40,391 bases of DNA from a virus (taxonomy: Duplodnaviria; Caudoviricetes), in the IMG/VR virus record IMGVR_UViG_3300038974_000627, positions 1-40,391 of that record. One strand, written 5' to 3'. Of the stretch, positions 1 to 9,159 are shown in pieces. Numbering within the stretch: position 1 is the stretch's first letter; the number at the start of each line of letters is the position of its first letter. The notes below the pieces were generated by a model, which worked only from the letters and a program-made list of their open reading frames with translations, ran no database searches and was not told the origin of the DNA. The position numbers were made by a program, and so were the translations under genes.

Positions 1-40
1 CGCAAGTTGATTGTGCCTGCATATTCCAGTGATTCCTTTC

Positions 41-709
41 CTATTCGTGATCCCTTATATGTCCACTGTTTACATCGAGCATTTCCGTCACGGCATCGAT
101 CAGGGCATAATGTAAGAAGCAATCCTTAGTCCTCGCCTCGGGATGGGCAAATGATATGATGATCCTCCTGCTGTCGGCGACATACCATACACCACGCGAG
201 GTCATCCGCCATTCAGGATTTTTACTTTCATATAGATACTCGAAATAGGCCTGCTCGGTGCCGCAACAGATGATGATATCAGGGTCATAGATCACAAGCT
301 GCTTTTTAAGTACATCCTGATATTGTGCTGCGGCAGTTGCAATATCACGACCGTTTGAGGTATGCCCGCCGGATGTCTTTTTCAAGTTTATAGCGCAGAG
401 TTTCTTAAGATACGTGTTCCTGCGGTCTTCGCTATTGCTTTCCCAATATGTCCAGTCCCGCGGCTTATCCAGATTGAGAATCGCCTCCGTCCATCGAGCA
501 ATATTGTCCCATGTCTGTGGCCGGCCGCCATCACGCAAAAACTCACGCAAGTCCCAGCCTTTGCCGCCGTTGACTTCCTTGAGTATGTAGACGATCTTGT
601 ACCTTGCGTCAAGATATTCCGCCTCGTCAACGACGCCGTCAGTAATAATATCCGGATTAACGACGCTCAGTTCAGAAAAGAGCAGGTCTTCTTTTTCCCG
701 AATCGTCAT
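41..709 (-). CDS. Uracil-DNA glycosylase-like superfamily protein
   Basis: Motif order typical of UDG-like folds: IVYILKEVNGG, AINLKK, PDIIICCGT, C-terminal FAHP. Overlaps the upstream gene by 4 nt. Confidence 0.6.
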   Translation of the reverse strand: MTIREKEDLLFSELSVVNPDIITDGVVDEAEYLDARYKIVYILKEVNGGKGWDLREFLRDGGRPQTWDNIARWTEAILNLDKPRDWTYWESNSEDRRNTYLKKLCAINLKKTSGGHTSNGRDIATAAAQYQDVLKKQLVIYDPDIIICCGTEQAYFEYLYESKNPEWRMTSRGVWYVADSRRIIISFAHPEARTKDCFLHYALIDAVTEMLDVNSGHIRDHE

Positions 710-1182
710 ACTGTGTCCTCCATGATTGTTTCAATCATTTTATCAAGCCTATACTGCTGTAAGTCAGGAAGTGTTTTCGCAGAAAGGTTGACTCCATACT
801 CTGGGTCTGATTTTTTCCCCTCATAGGCGTGATAGACCAGCAGCTTGCTGTCAGAATCACGCCAAGCGGTGGCGGGAATCAGATACATATCAGGGTGCTC
901 TCCATCTCTGAGCAAAATGAGGATGAGATATAGGGAGGCGTCCTCCACATCGAAGTGTTCTTTGCGCATAAACACATATTTTGTGCTTTCCCGAACCGAC
1001 TTTACCTGATACTTCAAGAAGCTGTTTTTACTCTCGGCCACAAAATCAATACCATGGTCGTCCACCTCGGCGGTGTAAACGCTCATGCCGTAGGAGGTAA
1101 GCGCCATTTTTGCGTAATACTCACAAAATGTACCGAGCTTTTGTGGCGTGAGCCCCTTGCGGCTCCAAATCAGATTATACAT
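706..1182 (-). CDS. PD-(D/E)XK nuclease-fold protein (DUF4365-like)
   Basis: G..E helix (GTFCEYY) followed by VDDHGIDFV and YQVKS (D...QxK motif). Confidence 0.75.
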   Translation of the reverse strand: MYNLIWSRKGLTPQKLGTFCEYYAKMALTSYGMSVYTAEVDDHGIDFVAESKNSFLKYQVKSVRESTKYVFMRKEHFDVEDASLYLILILLRDGEHPDMYLIPATAWRDSDSKLLVYHAYEGKKSDPEYGVNLSAKTLPDLQQYRLDKMIETIMEDTV

Positions 1183-1678
1183 TCCGTTTCATCTCCTTTT
1201 TGAACCCTTCCATCCAGAGCTGGTACTTCTTTCTCGATTTGACAAACGCATAGGACTCTTCGCCGGATATCCCATCGAGAGAAATATCCTCATCCATGTA
1301 AGCCAGCGCATCGGATTCATCCTCGCTGAGCAGTTGGACAAAGTCGCGCATTATCTGCCATATGCTTCTTCCCGGCGTATGACGCAATTCGGCTGCGGCA
1401 TTGGTTGCCTTGCTCCACGCGGCAAGCCGCTCCTCCTTTGGCACTTTACGAAAGCCGTTCACACGGTCATATTCGGCCGCCTGATCCAGCACACTTACAT
1501 CACGGTCGAAATCAAAATCGTCCCAGCTGCACTCACAGCCAGCGCCTTGAATCGTTCCTCGAAAATTTATACATTGCAGGCAAGGAGTCTTCATGGGGAC
1601 TATCTTGATTAAGCCATTGATTTTCTTGCAATAGATGCAATTTTCAGAATCGGGATACAAAAAGTGTGTGATCTTCAT
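1175..1678 (-). CDS. Hypothetical protein with Cys-rich N-terminus, possibly metal binding
   Basis: CIYC, CLQC and CEC motifs. GGAG RBS. Tightly packed in the operon. Confidence 0.7.
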   Translation of the reverse strand: MKITHFLYPDSENCIYCKKINGLIKIVPMKTPCLQCINFRGTIQGAGCECSWDDFDFDRDVSVLDQAAEYDRVNGFRKVPKEERLAAWSKATNAAAELRHTPGRSIWQIMRDFVQLLSEDESDALAYMDEDISLDGISGEESYAFVKSRKKYQLWMEGFKKEMKRNV

Positions 1679-1681
1679 CGG

Positions 1682-2551
1682 CTACTCCTCCATGTTTATT
1701 TCCGCAACCGGGCATACCGTGCAATCGTCTATCTCATCACAGGGGAAAGAAGTAAAGCGGTGCAATGGAGCGCAGTAGGTCTCCCCAGCCATATTTGAGA
1801 GCTGATATGATGCGCCCCGGTCATCGCCCCAAATGCGATATGTATAATGAGAATCATCATAAACAACATCGCCATGCTCTTCCCATGAGTCAGCCCTGTC
1901 TATACCGATATCGCAAAGGCGGCCTTCCAATTCACGGCAGACGTCATCCAATGAGTTGATCAAGGCACAGAACACTTCATTGCCGGTATGAAACTCGCAT
2001 AGTCCGACAATTTCAAAGAAATAACGGTAGCTTGGATCACGCTTCCACTCGTCGTTCAACGCTTCGTTTGGATAATAGAAGCCCCACACATCGGTATATG
2101 TCTTACCCTCGTCCGGGCGCTGAAAGGCATACCGGCAGAGCGCTTTCTCGTACTGGTATTGGTGTTTTACATAGACAGAAAAGCCACACATAAAATCGGC
2201 TTGATTCAGATATTTGCTTAACTGTTCAAATAGGTCAAAGCCATGAATCTCCCACACTACCGCTTCCGGCTTCGAGACTCCGTCAATAAAATCGCTCATG
2301 ACCAGTTCATTACTCACCAATAGATAATTGCATGCAGGAAGCTCGGCGGGTGCAGAGCCATGCCCGTCAAAGCGAACCGTGCCGCCGTCAACAGAAGCAG
2401 TTTGAAGCAGCTTTTCTACGATACCGGCGCATTCCGCAAATGACGGCATTCGCAGCGGCGGCCTGACATTTCGCTCTTTTAGTTTTTGCTCCTCGATCCA
2501 CACATCTTTCGACACCATTTCAAGCAGCGTTTCCAATCGTATGGAATCCAT
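1682..2551 (-). CDS. Hypothetical acidic protein
   Basis: Long ORF in the operon. Start moved to ATG 2551 behind GGAGG. Confidence 0.75.
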   Translation of the reverse strand: MDSIRLETLLEMVSKDVWIEEQKLKERNVRPPLRMPSFAECAGIVEKLLQTASVDGGTVRFDGHGSAPAELPACNYLLVSNELVMSDFIDGVSKPEAVVWEIHGFDLFEQLSKYLNQADFMCGFSVYVKHQYQYEKALCRYAFQRPDEGKTYTDVWGFYYPNEALNDEWKRDPSYRYFFEIVGLCEFHTGNEVFCALINSLDDVCRELEGRLCDIGIDRADSWEEHGDVVYDDSHYTYRIWGDDRGASYQLSNMAGETYCAPLHRFTSFPCDEIDDCTVCPVAEINMEE

Positions 2552-2552
2552 G

Positions 2553-3602
2553 TCACCCACCTCCATTCAACAAAGACATCGACATGCGTACTACGAAATC
2601 TGACAGCTCGACCTTCTTGCACCATTCCACTGGAATTGCGTATTTTCCAAGAAGGCATCCCATAATGTTTCCGCAGATAGCGCCGGTGGAGTCGCTGTCT
2701 CCATCGTGGTTGACCGACATGATCAGTGCGCTTTCAAAGTCGGTGCAGACCAGCGCGCTGTAAACAGCAATCGCTAACGCCTCTTCCGCAACCCAGCCCT
2801 CGCCGAGCGCGGCAATGGCTTTCTCAGCGGGAAGGCCGGACACCGCCATAAGCTGTGCTTCAGTGAGCGCCTGCGCAGTCTCGTCGCCTCCGCTTCGCGT
2901 TTCAAGCTCGTCCAAAACTTCATCCAGCGAATCAGAGAGCGAACGTCCCCCGGCAATCAGGGCTATGAGCATCGCAAAAGCGCCTGCGGCAAGATAGCCG
3001 GATGGATGACCGTGTGTAATAGCCGCAGCCTTGCAGCCTATGCGGAACGCCTCAACCGGGTCATCCTTGTAGTACAGCCCTATGGGCGCCACGCGCATGA
3101 TGCCGCCGCAGCCCTTGCTGTTGTTCAACGGCTTTTCCATTGTCCCCATGCCTATCCGAAGCGCGCTCAGGCAAGTGTTTCCCGGCGCCCGTTGTGCGAA
3201 CAGTTCTTTCTGCTCCATAATGAAATCATCACGGCCCTCGGCAATCGTGATATCCAGCCAACTCCTGTGGCGGATATCTCCCGATTGAGTGTAATACCAT
3301 CGTTGGTACGCCTTATACAGCGACTGAGTTATATTTGGCATCGTCCCGCTCAAGGAACCGAAGTCGATGCTGTCCACCGTACTTTTCCAAAGCTGAAAAG
3401 CATTCGCGGTGAAAAGCGTCATCTGCGTATCGTCCGAGATGAGTGCCTTACCGGATTCGCCATCAACAATAAGATCGGTCAGTCCGGCGGTTCCATAGAG
3501 GCTCATGATCTGCCGGCGTGACAGAAACTCAACGGGATAGCCAAGGGCATCGCCGATAGCTCCACCCAAGAGACAGCCTCGGAAACGGTCAGACAGCTCC
3601 AT
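2553..3602 (-). CDS. ADP-ribosylglycohydrolase (DraG/ARH family)
   Basis: GCLLGGAIGDALG, SDDTQMT, SKGCGGIMR, THGHP and DGDSDSTGAICG motifs. Start at ATG 3602 with GGAGG upstream. Confidence 0.95.
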   Translation of the reverse strand: MELSDRFRGCLLGGAIGDALGYPVEFLSRRQIMSLYGTAGLTDLIVDGESGKALISDDTQMTLFTANAFQLWKSTVDSIDFGSLSGTMPNITQSLYKAYQRWYYTQSGDIRHRSWLDITIAEGRDDFIMEQKELFAQRAPGNTCLSALRIGMGTMEKPLNNSKGCGGIMRVAPIGLYYKDDPVEAFRIGCKAAAITHGHPSGYLAAGAFAMLIALIAGGRSLSDSLDEVLDELETRSGGDETAQALTEAQLMAVSGLPAEKAIAALGEGWVAEEALAIAVYSALVCTDFESALIMSVNHDGDSDSTGAICGNIMGCLLGKYAIPVEWCKKVELSDFVVRMSMSLLNGGG

Positions 3603-4371
3603 CCGTCGCCTCCAAATCCTCAAACGCCGCGACAGCACCGCCAATAATATCGGCAGGCGTTCGAAACTCCGGCCGCATCGTGACCACGACTTTGCTGCCG
3701 CCATATATACCACGGCTGACTGGATACTTCCCATAACGCTCAAGGTCTGTCTGCTCTGTCATTTGACATAGGGTGCGGTCGTTCCAAAACGTGTTGAACC
3801 AGTCCTGTCCCGTGATAAAAAGAATATGCGTGGGCGCATACTCCCTGATTTGTTCGACCAGAAGCTCGCGGCAAGTATTGCGCTGGACTTTCTGCATAGC
3901 GTCATCCGGGTTTCCACCGTCCTTTGGCGCAATCGCGTATAGGTTGCTCCACACGATATACTCATACCAACGTGTGGGTATTCCACTTTCGTCCCAACCG
4001 TTCAGCCGCCGGGTGATTTCCTTAGCAGTACGCCAATAGGGGCTGGTACGAAGGTCATAATACACTTCCTCTCCGCGCCCATTGAGATAAGGCTCAGAGG
4101 CAAGCTCATCATCATAAACGCCACCCTTATTTTTATGACCGAGCCACGAAAAACCTTTGCCGTCAAGACTGCGCGAAGCCGCCGCCATAAAAGCCGCCTC
4201 TTCCCCGGCATGGAACTCGTCCCAGCCGTTGACCGCTCTGCCAATCACCATGAGCCTTATCGTCCCAGCGCGACCGTACTCCGCTCCGCAAACGGGGAAG
4301 AAGTTTGACAGTTTAATTTTCATTGCGTCGACATAGAGCTGATGATACAGCTCTTTCATTTTGTCATTCAT
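3589..4371 (-). CDS. Uracil-DNA glycosylase-like superfamily protein (second, divergent copy)
   Basis: LMVIGRAVNGW, IVWSNLY, GGNP, PTHILFITG and terminal RPE occupy the UDG-like motif positions. Confidence 0.6.
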   Translation of the reverse strand: MNDKMKELYHQLYVDAMKIKLSNFFPVCGAEYGRAGTIRLMVIGRAVNGWDEFHAGEEAAFMAAASRSLDGKGFSWLGHKNKGGVYDDELASEPYLNGRGEEVYYDLRTSPYWRTAKEITRRLNGWDESGIPTRWYEYIVWSNLYAIAPKDGGNPDDAMQKVQRNTCRELLVEQIREYAPTHILFITGQDWFNTFWNDRTLCQMTEQTDLERYGKYPVSRGIYGGSKVVVTMRPEFRTPADIIGGAVAAFEDLEATDGAV

Positions 4372-5371
4372 TTACATCACCTTCACATTCATATCGATTG
4401 CGAATAGTATCAAGTCTTCTCACCAGTTCTGCTCTGACGCTCTCCGGCTCTACGACGGTCATATGCTCTCCATACTGGAGAAGCCAGAAATAAAGGCCGT
4501 CGCTCTCCATGACGTTCACAATAACATGGAAGCCTCCGTCAACGGGAATAAACCTGATCTCATTTCCGAAGAAGTCGATGAGATCATCGACCATATAGCT
4601 CTCGACAAACAGTTTGAGGCAGAGCCGGTCTCCACCGTAGCGATACAGGGAGGCACGGACGTATTCCTCTATTTGAGTATCCGCATTTTCGCCTAAAACT
4701 TCTTTAGCCTGCTTGCGCAGCTCATCACAGACCGAGAGAGACTTCATGCGATCCAATCTGTAATAACTGAGGTCGCTGTATTTATCGTAGTTGCCAATCA
4801 AATAATAATGCTCATCCTGCCATATCAGGGCGTAAGGGTTGACGATGTACTGGAGCCCGTCCTTGCGAAGCCTTTGCTGCATATTGGTGTCGGTATAGGT
4901 GTACTGAAAGGCGATCTTTCGGTTTGCCTTAATCGCTTTTAGAACAGTATCGATGTTTATCTTCGTGGTGGCGTTTTGACTTTTGAGCCGCAGTTTGACC
5001 GGGGTAACGGCTTTGAGCATTTTCTGACTGTTTGCACTTGTCATGCGGATGAGCTTCTGTGCCAATTGATCCGCACTCTCATAGGTGAGAAACTTTGCGC
5101 CCCAAATCGCATCAATCAGAATCTTTAGTTCCCAGTCTTCGAAATCACGGCTGACCATGTAATAACCCTGCTTGTTGTCCTCGCTGAGAGCAATATCGTA
5201 GCCGGCATCATCCTTCAGGATATTGATGTCCCGGCAGATGGATTTGCGCTCTGCAGCGATGCCATAGAGTAACAGTTTTTTACCAATCTGAGAAGCCGTC
5301 AGTGGGTGTTCCTCATCTGTCTCGGCAAGGATATCCAGTATTCTTAGCAGCTTGAGCTTCATGTTTGCCAT
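4364..5371 (-). CDS. WYL-domain transcriptional regulator (wHTH-WYL-WCX)
   Basis: N-terminal wHTH (TDEEHPLT...ERKSICRDI). WYL core VNPYALIW..HYYLIG..YRLDRM. WCX tail WLLQYG..VVEPESVR. Start at ATG 5371. Confidence 0.93.
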   Translation of the reverse strand: MANMKLKLLRILDILAETDEEHPLTASQIGKKLLLYGIAAERKSICRDINILKDDAGYDIALSEDNKQGYYMVSRDFEDWELKILIDAIWGAKFLTYESADQLAQKLIRMTSANSQKMLKAVTPVKLRLKSQNATTKINIDTVLKAIKANRKIAFQYTYTDTNMQQRLRKDGLQYIVNPYALIWQDEHYYLIGNYDKYSDLSYYRLDRMKSLSVCDELRKQAKEVLGENADTQIEEYVRASLYRYGGDRLCLKLFVESYMVDDLIDFFGNEIRFIPVDGGFHVIVNVMESDGLYFWLLQYGEHMTVVEPESVRAELVRRLDTIRNRYECEGDVNE

Positions 5372-5574
5372 GGCTTTCCCACCCTTCGATATAATTATAT
5401 CACAAGACGCACACCAAATGTGGTACAAGTTAATAAAGCGGTGTCCTCAATATTTACACTTGCTTTTTTGCCTTCCGGAGCAATGCAATGCACCTGTAGT
5501 TCATGTCAGGGTGAACTGCAATGTTTTGAGCTGACGAGAAATTATGGTATGATGCCAGAAAAGGAGGGATTACA

Positions 5575-6372
5575 GTGTACTCAGTAAATGAATTTTGTGG
5601 GCTGCTTGTCAAACAGGCGCGGGAGGAAAAGAGCTGGACACAACAGGATCTGGCGGACGAGGTCGATATGGATGTGCGAACAATAAAGAAAATTGAAGAA
5701 GGGACTGCAAGTCCTTACTATTTGACTATCGAAAAGCTCGTATATGCCCTTAACATTTCACCCAATATCATGTGCCACGCCGAGCAATCAGAGAAGGGCC
5801 TTTTCATGGACAAGCTGTATCGCCAACTCTTCTCGCTGGACGTTGAGAGCTTAAAAATCGTCTGTGACTCAGCAATATACATACGGAATTGGCACGATAA
5901 ACACGATGGCAAAGATAATGACATTTCAGAGCAAGACGCCCACGCACCAGAAATGTGGCGCTACTCACCCGGAGAAAAGCACAGACCACAGAGGAGAGAG
6001 GGCGCGCAATATACTCCAACAGAAAAAGAAGAAATCGAAAAGGTAATCGCGATTTTTGCTCAGTATATCAAGGATAGCCCTTATGCGGATATCGTGTGGT
6101 CAGATAAGCTGGGCTATGTTTTCTTGAATATTGACCTTGGTAATTCCAGCATAGAAATGGAGCCAATAATTATTAAGAACGCAGAAGGCTTGATCCAACA
6201 ACTTCTTTCTGAAATCTCAAACGATGTTATGGATAACACAAGCCACGAGTTTTCTTTGGCTGAAGCACCACTGGAAGTACAGCAGGAGATACAGCGTAGG
6301 TTCAGTGAGTACCTTGACAAGCTCCCAGAGTATCTTCATGTCGCCGACGAAATGTTCAAACCGCAGAGTTGA
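5575..6372 (+). CDS. XRE-family HTH protein with uncharacterised C-terminal domain
   Basis: AREEKSWTQQDLADEV..RTIKKIEEG. GGAGG RBS before GTG. Divergent from the WYL gene. Confidence 0.8.
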   Translation: MYSVNEFCGLLVKQAREEKSWTQQDLADEVDMDVRTIKKIEEGTASPYYLTIEKLVYALNISPNIMCHAEQSEKGLFMDKLYRQLFSLDVESLKIVCDSAIYIRNWHDKHDGKDNDISEQDAHAPEMWRYSPGEKHRPQRREGAQYTPTEKEEIEKVIAIFAQYIKDSPYADIVWSDKLGYVFLNIDLGNSSIEMEPIIIKNAEGLIQQLLSEISNDVMDNTSHEFSLAEAPLEVQQEIQRRFSEYLDKLPEYLHVADEMFKPQS

Positions 6373-6503
6373 TCTGTGCGCCCCCTCACAAGCTATATGC
6401 TTTTACTCATGAATAACAGCCTGTAAAAGGTCTTGTACATTGGACGTTTTCTCGACGTCCAGGAACGATGTTTTGGCTCGAATGGCCTGCGCAACAATAA
6501 TGA

Positions 6504-6549
6504 AACCCAGAATCTGTGAGTCCAATCGACTTCTCACAGATTCTGGGTT
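6504..6549. terminator. 17-bp perfect inverted repeat between convergent genes, probable terminator
   Basis: AACCCAGAATCTGTGAG (6504-6520) pairs with CTCACAGATTCTGGGTT (6533-6549). Confidence 0.7.
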
Positions 6550-6559
6550 CTATTTAGTA

Positions 6560-7060
6560 TCATAGTTTTATGAAGCTGCTATTTCTTTCAAGAAAGGCAA
6601 AATCCACTGGAGGTTCTTCGGCCCAAAGACTCTCAACATTTAGGTTCACATGCTCTACGGCAGCTCGTATATTGGTCATGGCGCAGAAGTCCCTTTTGAA
6701 ATCCTTATTGCTTTTGCTGTGCGTCAAATCAGATGCACTTCTCAGGTCTGAGCAGCGAACAATTTCACCCTCAAAGTTCAAGACCTGTGGCAGATACACT
6801 ATTTTTACCTTGGAGCAATACTTGCCAAGCCTTCGAATGTTATCCTTCAGGCAGTCTGTCAACGGTATGTCCGTGTCAAAGACAAGCGCAACCGTTGTAC
6901 CCGGCTGAATGGTGATGAGCTGCGAGTTTGAAAGTATGTTCTGAATAACATTGAAGACCTTTACTCGTCCAGACTGGATTTTCTGAGGCTGCTCCTTCAG
7001 GGCGTTCAACAGCTTCTCCTCGCATCTGCCTTCGACAAAATAGATACAGTTATTCTTCAT
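6560..7060 (-). CDS. TOPRIM/RloB-like protein
   Basis: YFVEGRCE, VFDTD and NFE motifs. Overlaps the ATPase gene. Start at ATG 7060. Confidence 0.7.
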   Translation of the reverse strand: MKNNCIYFVEGRCEEKLLNALKEQPQKIQSGRVKVFNVIQNILSNSQLITIQPGTTVALVFDTDIPLTDCLKDNIRRLGKYCSKVKIVYLPQVLNFEGEIVRCSDLRSASDLTHSKSNKDFKRDFCAMTNIRAAVEHVNLNVESLWAEEPPVDFAFLERNSSFIKL

Positions 7061-8174
7061 CGTCTGCCCCCTTTTCGAGCGCATCAAGCGCTGACTCATC
7101 GGGGAGCGATGAAAAGACGTCGTTTTCAACGGCGCAGCGGATGGAATCGCTATTCCTCTTCAGAATATCCGAAGCATAGGTCACAGATACTCGATAATCA
7201 TCCTCTTGCTTCTTCCGCAGGAAGGCAAAGCAGTGCTTCGGGATGTTTAAGTCGAGCATATCCGTGTTATGCGTTGTGAAGATAAGCTGTTCGTTACTAT
7301 CCAAGTGCTCGAGCATGATCCCAAAGATACGCTTCTCAATATCGCTTTGGATATAGGAGAAGTGTTCGTCGCAGTAATAGAACCCATTATGCTCCGCAAT
7401 CAGGACGGCAAGGAAGAAAGAAATATCAACGCCCTCTGCAGTACCACTTGATAGAGATTCACGGTTCAGCAGCTTTCCGTCTTGAATAATGATCTCTTCA
7501 CCATTTCTGCGGATGATAAACGAGTTGCGCAAATCCTTAGAGATACGCACATCAGATAGTGTTGGGTCAAGAGTGCCGATAACCGCTTTCAAGGTCTTCA
7601 ACACGATGTTCCGATTGACTTTCGTCACCTTCGCCGTTGGCTTTATATCTGGACAAGAAAAAGTGAAATCAAGCCTGCCGACTATTTTACCGAGTTTAGC
7701 ATAGTCGCCTGCGATCATCTTAGTTTGATTGACCAGCTTCTCAGCGCACATCTCATAGGAGTCTTTTGGCCCAATAGGAGCTGACGAATACTCAATTGTA
7801 ATCTCGCTTCCGATATCACCATCGTATGGATAGTGGCCTCCAATTTTGCCACATACGCGGTGAAGGGTGAAGCCGTTGTTCACAAAGTCAATCAGAAAGG
7901 AACCATTACAACCGACCGGCGCCATTGATGCAAGTGTCGAGGTGTCCCCGGTGTTGATAAAGCTGATTATATTGAGCAGCGCCTTGCCAAGACTTGTCTT
8001 GCCGGTGGCATTTGCGCCCATAAGGATAACAGCTTTCTTGTACCGGAAGTTTGGCCTTTCAGCGACATGCTCGTTTTCAATAATTGAATTGACAATCTTC
8101 TTAGGATAAGAGAAAGCTATGTCAAAATCCTTGAATCCATAGAGGTTATTCAGTTTTACATCTAATATAATCAT
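7050..8174 (-). CDS. ABC-type AAA ATPase (AAA_21/RloA-like)
   Basis: Walker A GANATGKT, signature LSSGT, Walker B YYCDE, H-loop QLIFTTH. Confidence 0.88.
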   Translation of the reverse strand: MIILDVKLNNLYGFKDFDIAFSYPKKIVNSIIENEHVAERPNFRYKKAVILMGANATGKTSLGKALLNIISFINTGDTSTLASMAPVGCNGSFLIDFVNNGFTLHRVCGKIGGHYPYDGDIGSEITIEYSSAPIGPKDSYEMCAEKLVNQTKMIAGDYAKLGKIVGRLDFTFSCPDIKPTAKVTKVNRNIVLKTLKAVIGTLDPTLSDVRISKDLRNSFIIRRNGEEIIIQDGKLLNRESLSSGTAEGVDISFFLAVLIAEHNGFYYCDEHFSYIQSDIEKRIFGIMLEHLDSNEQLIFTTHNTDMLDLNIPKHCFAFLRKKQEDDYRVSVTYASDILKRNSDSIRCAVENDVFSSLPDESALDALEKGADDEE

Positions 8175-8391
8175 AGCAGCCTCCAATGATTAGTTCGTTA
8201 ATTACGAAGTAATTATACCACATCTTGCGAGAAATACAACAGTCAGAAAAATAAATCTGAGGTTTTGCCTCGCATTGCGCCAACGGTGCTTCTTTGCCCC
8301 GCACTTTCAAGAACCTCAAAAATGAAAGCCAATGCTCGAAAGCATTGGCTTTTGTGTTCATGATGAAGAAGTGTTCAGCCAGAGCGATATG

Positions 8392-9048
8392 CTACTTGAT
8401 TTCCCATACGAAAGTGACCGTATCGCTCACATCAATATCATCAGGCTCAATATCAATGCTGCTGCCACAAGGGGCTTCTGCGAGGCAGCGATCCGACATT
8501 TCATACTGCGTCGGAGAATACAAATGCAGCTCGCCCCAGTTGTAGTCAATGGTGATAAGCTGGCCCAGAACCACTTCCGCAGCACTGGCAAGGACTTCAG
8601 CTTTTGCCTTCGCGTTCTCCGATGCATTTTTAAGAAGCTCTACACTGACGGTGTCTTTGTCCTTTACAGTGAACTGTACTGAGAACTCCGGCTCAGCAAG
8701 GCATTTTGCAAGGGCAGAGAAGGTTCGTGCCAACCTCTCCATATCAAAATCAAACTCGAGCTTTAGGGCGTGATTGCACACATACCCGTCGAACCACCTC
8801 TTGTAGTTTCCGTTGTTATCCCGCTCACTTTGAAACTCTGGCTGTACATCGAAGTTTGAGGTCTTCAAATCATCGCGCTGAAAGCCCACCTTGATAATGG
8901 CTTCACGCAGACCGTCCAATTGCTCTGCGGCCAGATTCATCATTTTTTCATAGTCCATGTCCTTCGCTTTCAGCGACATAGACAGCACTATGTAGTCAGG
9001 CTTTGCGCTGACCTTGCCGATCCCCTTTACAGTTATGGTTCTGTCCAT
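8392..9048 (-). CDS. SIMPL (DUF541) domain protein
   Basis: TITVKGIGKVSAKPD, A..NAKAKAEVLA..LG, and terminal VTFVW. No signal peptide seen. Confidence 0.9.
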   Translation of the reverse strand: MDRTITVKGIGKVSAKPDYIVLSMSLKAKDMDYEKMMNLAAEQLDGLREAIIKVGFQRDDLKTSNFDVQPEFQSERDNNGNYKRWFDGYVCNHALKLEFDFDMERLARTFSALAKCLAEPEFSVQFTVKDKDTVSVELLKNASENAKAKAEVLASAAEVVLGQLITIDYNWGELHLYSPTQYEMSDRCLAEAPCGSSIDIEPDDIDVSDTVTFVWEIK

Positions 9049-9159
9049 TTTGCCTCCTCCTTAAAGCATTCTGCGTTTATCTACAAGCTTAGTTAATCCT
9101 CAAATCGTTGTTCGGATTGGAAACTATGTTTCACCCGTAGCGAATCAATCAACACTGAG

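Noticed and set aside
3603-3743. N-terminal extensions in the ORF track (also WYL, the LexA-like gene, dinB, 22824 and 38123)
   Set aside because: Downstream ATGs have better RBS or coupling, and the extensions overlap neighbouring genes or promoters.
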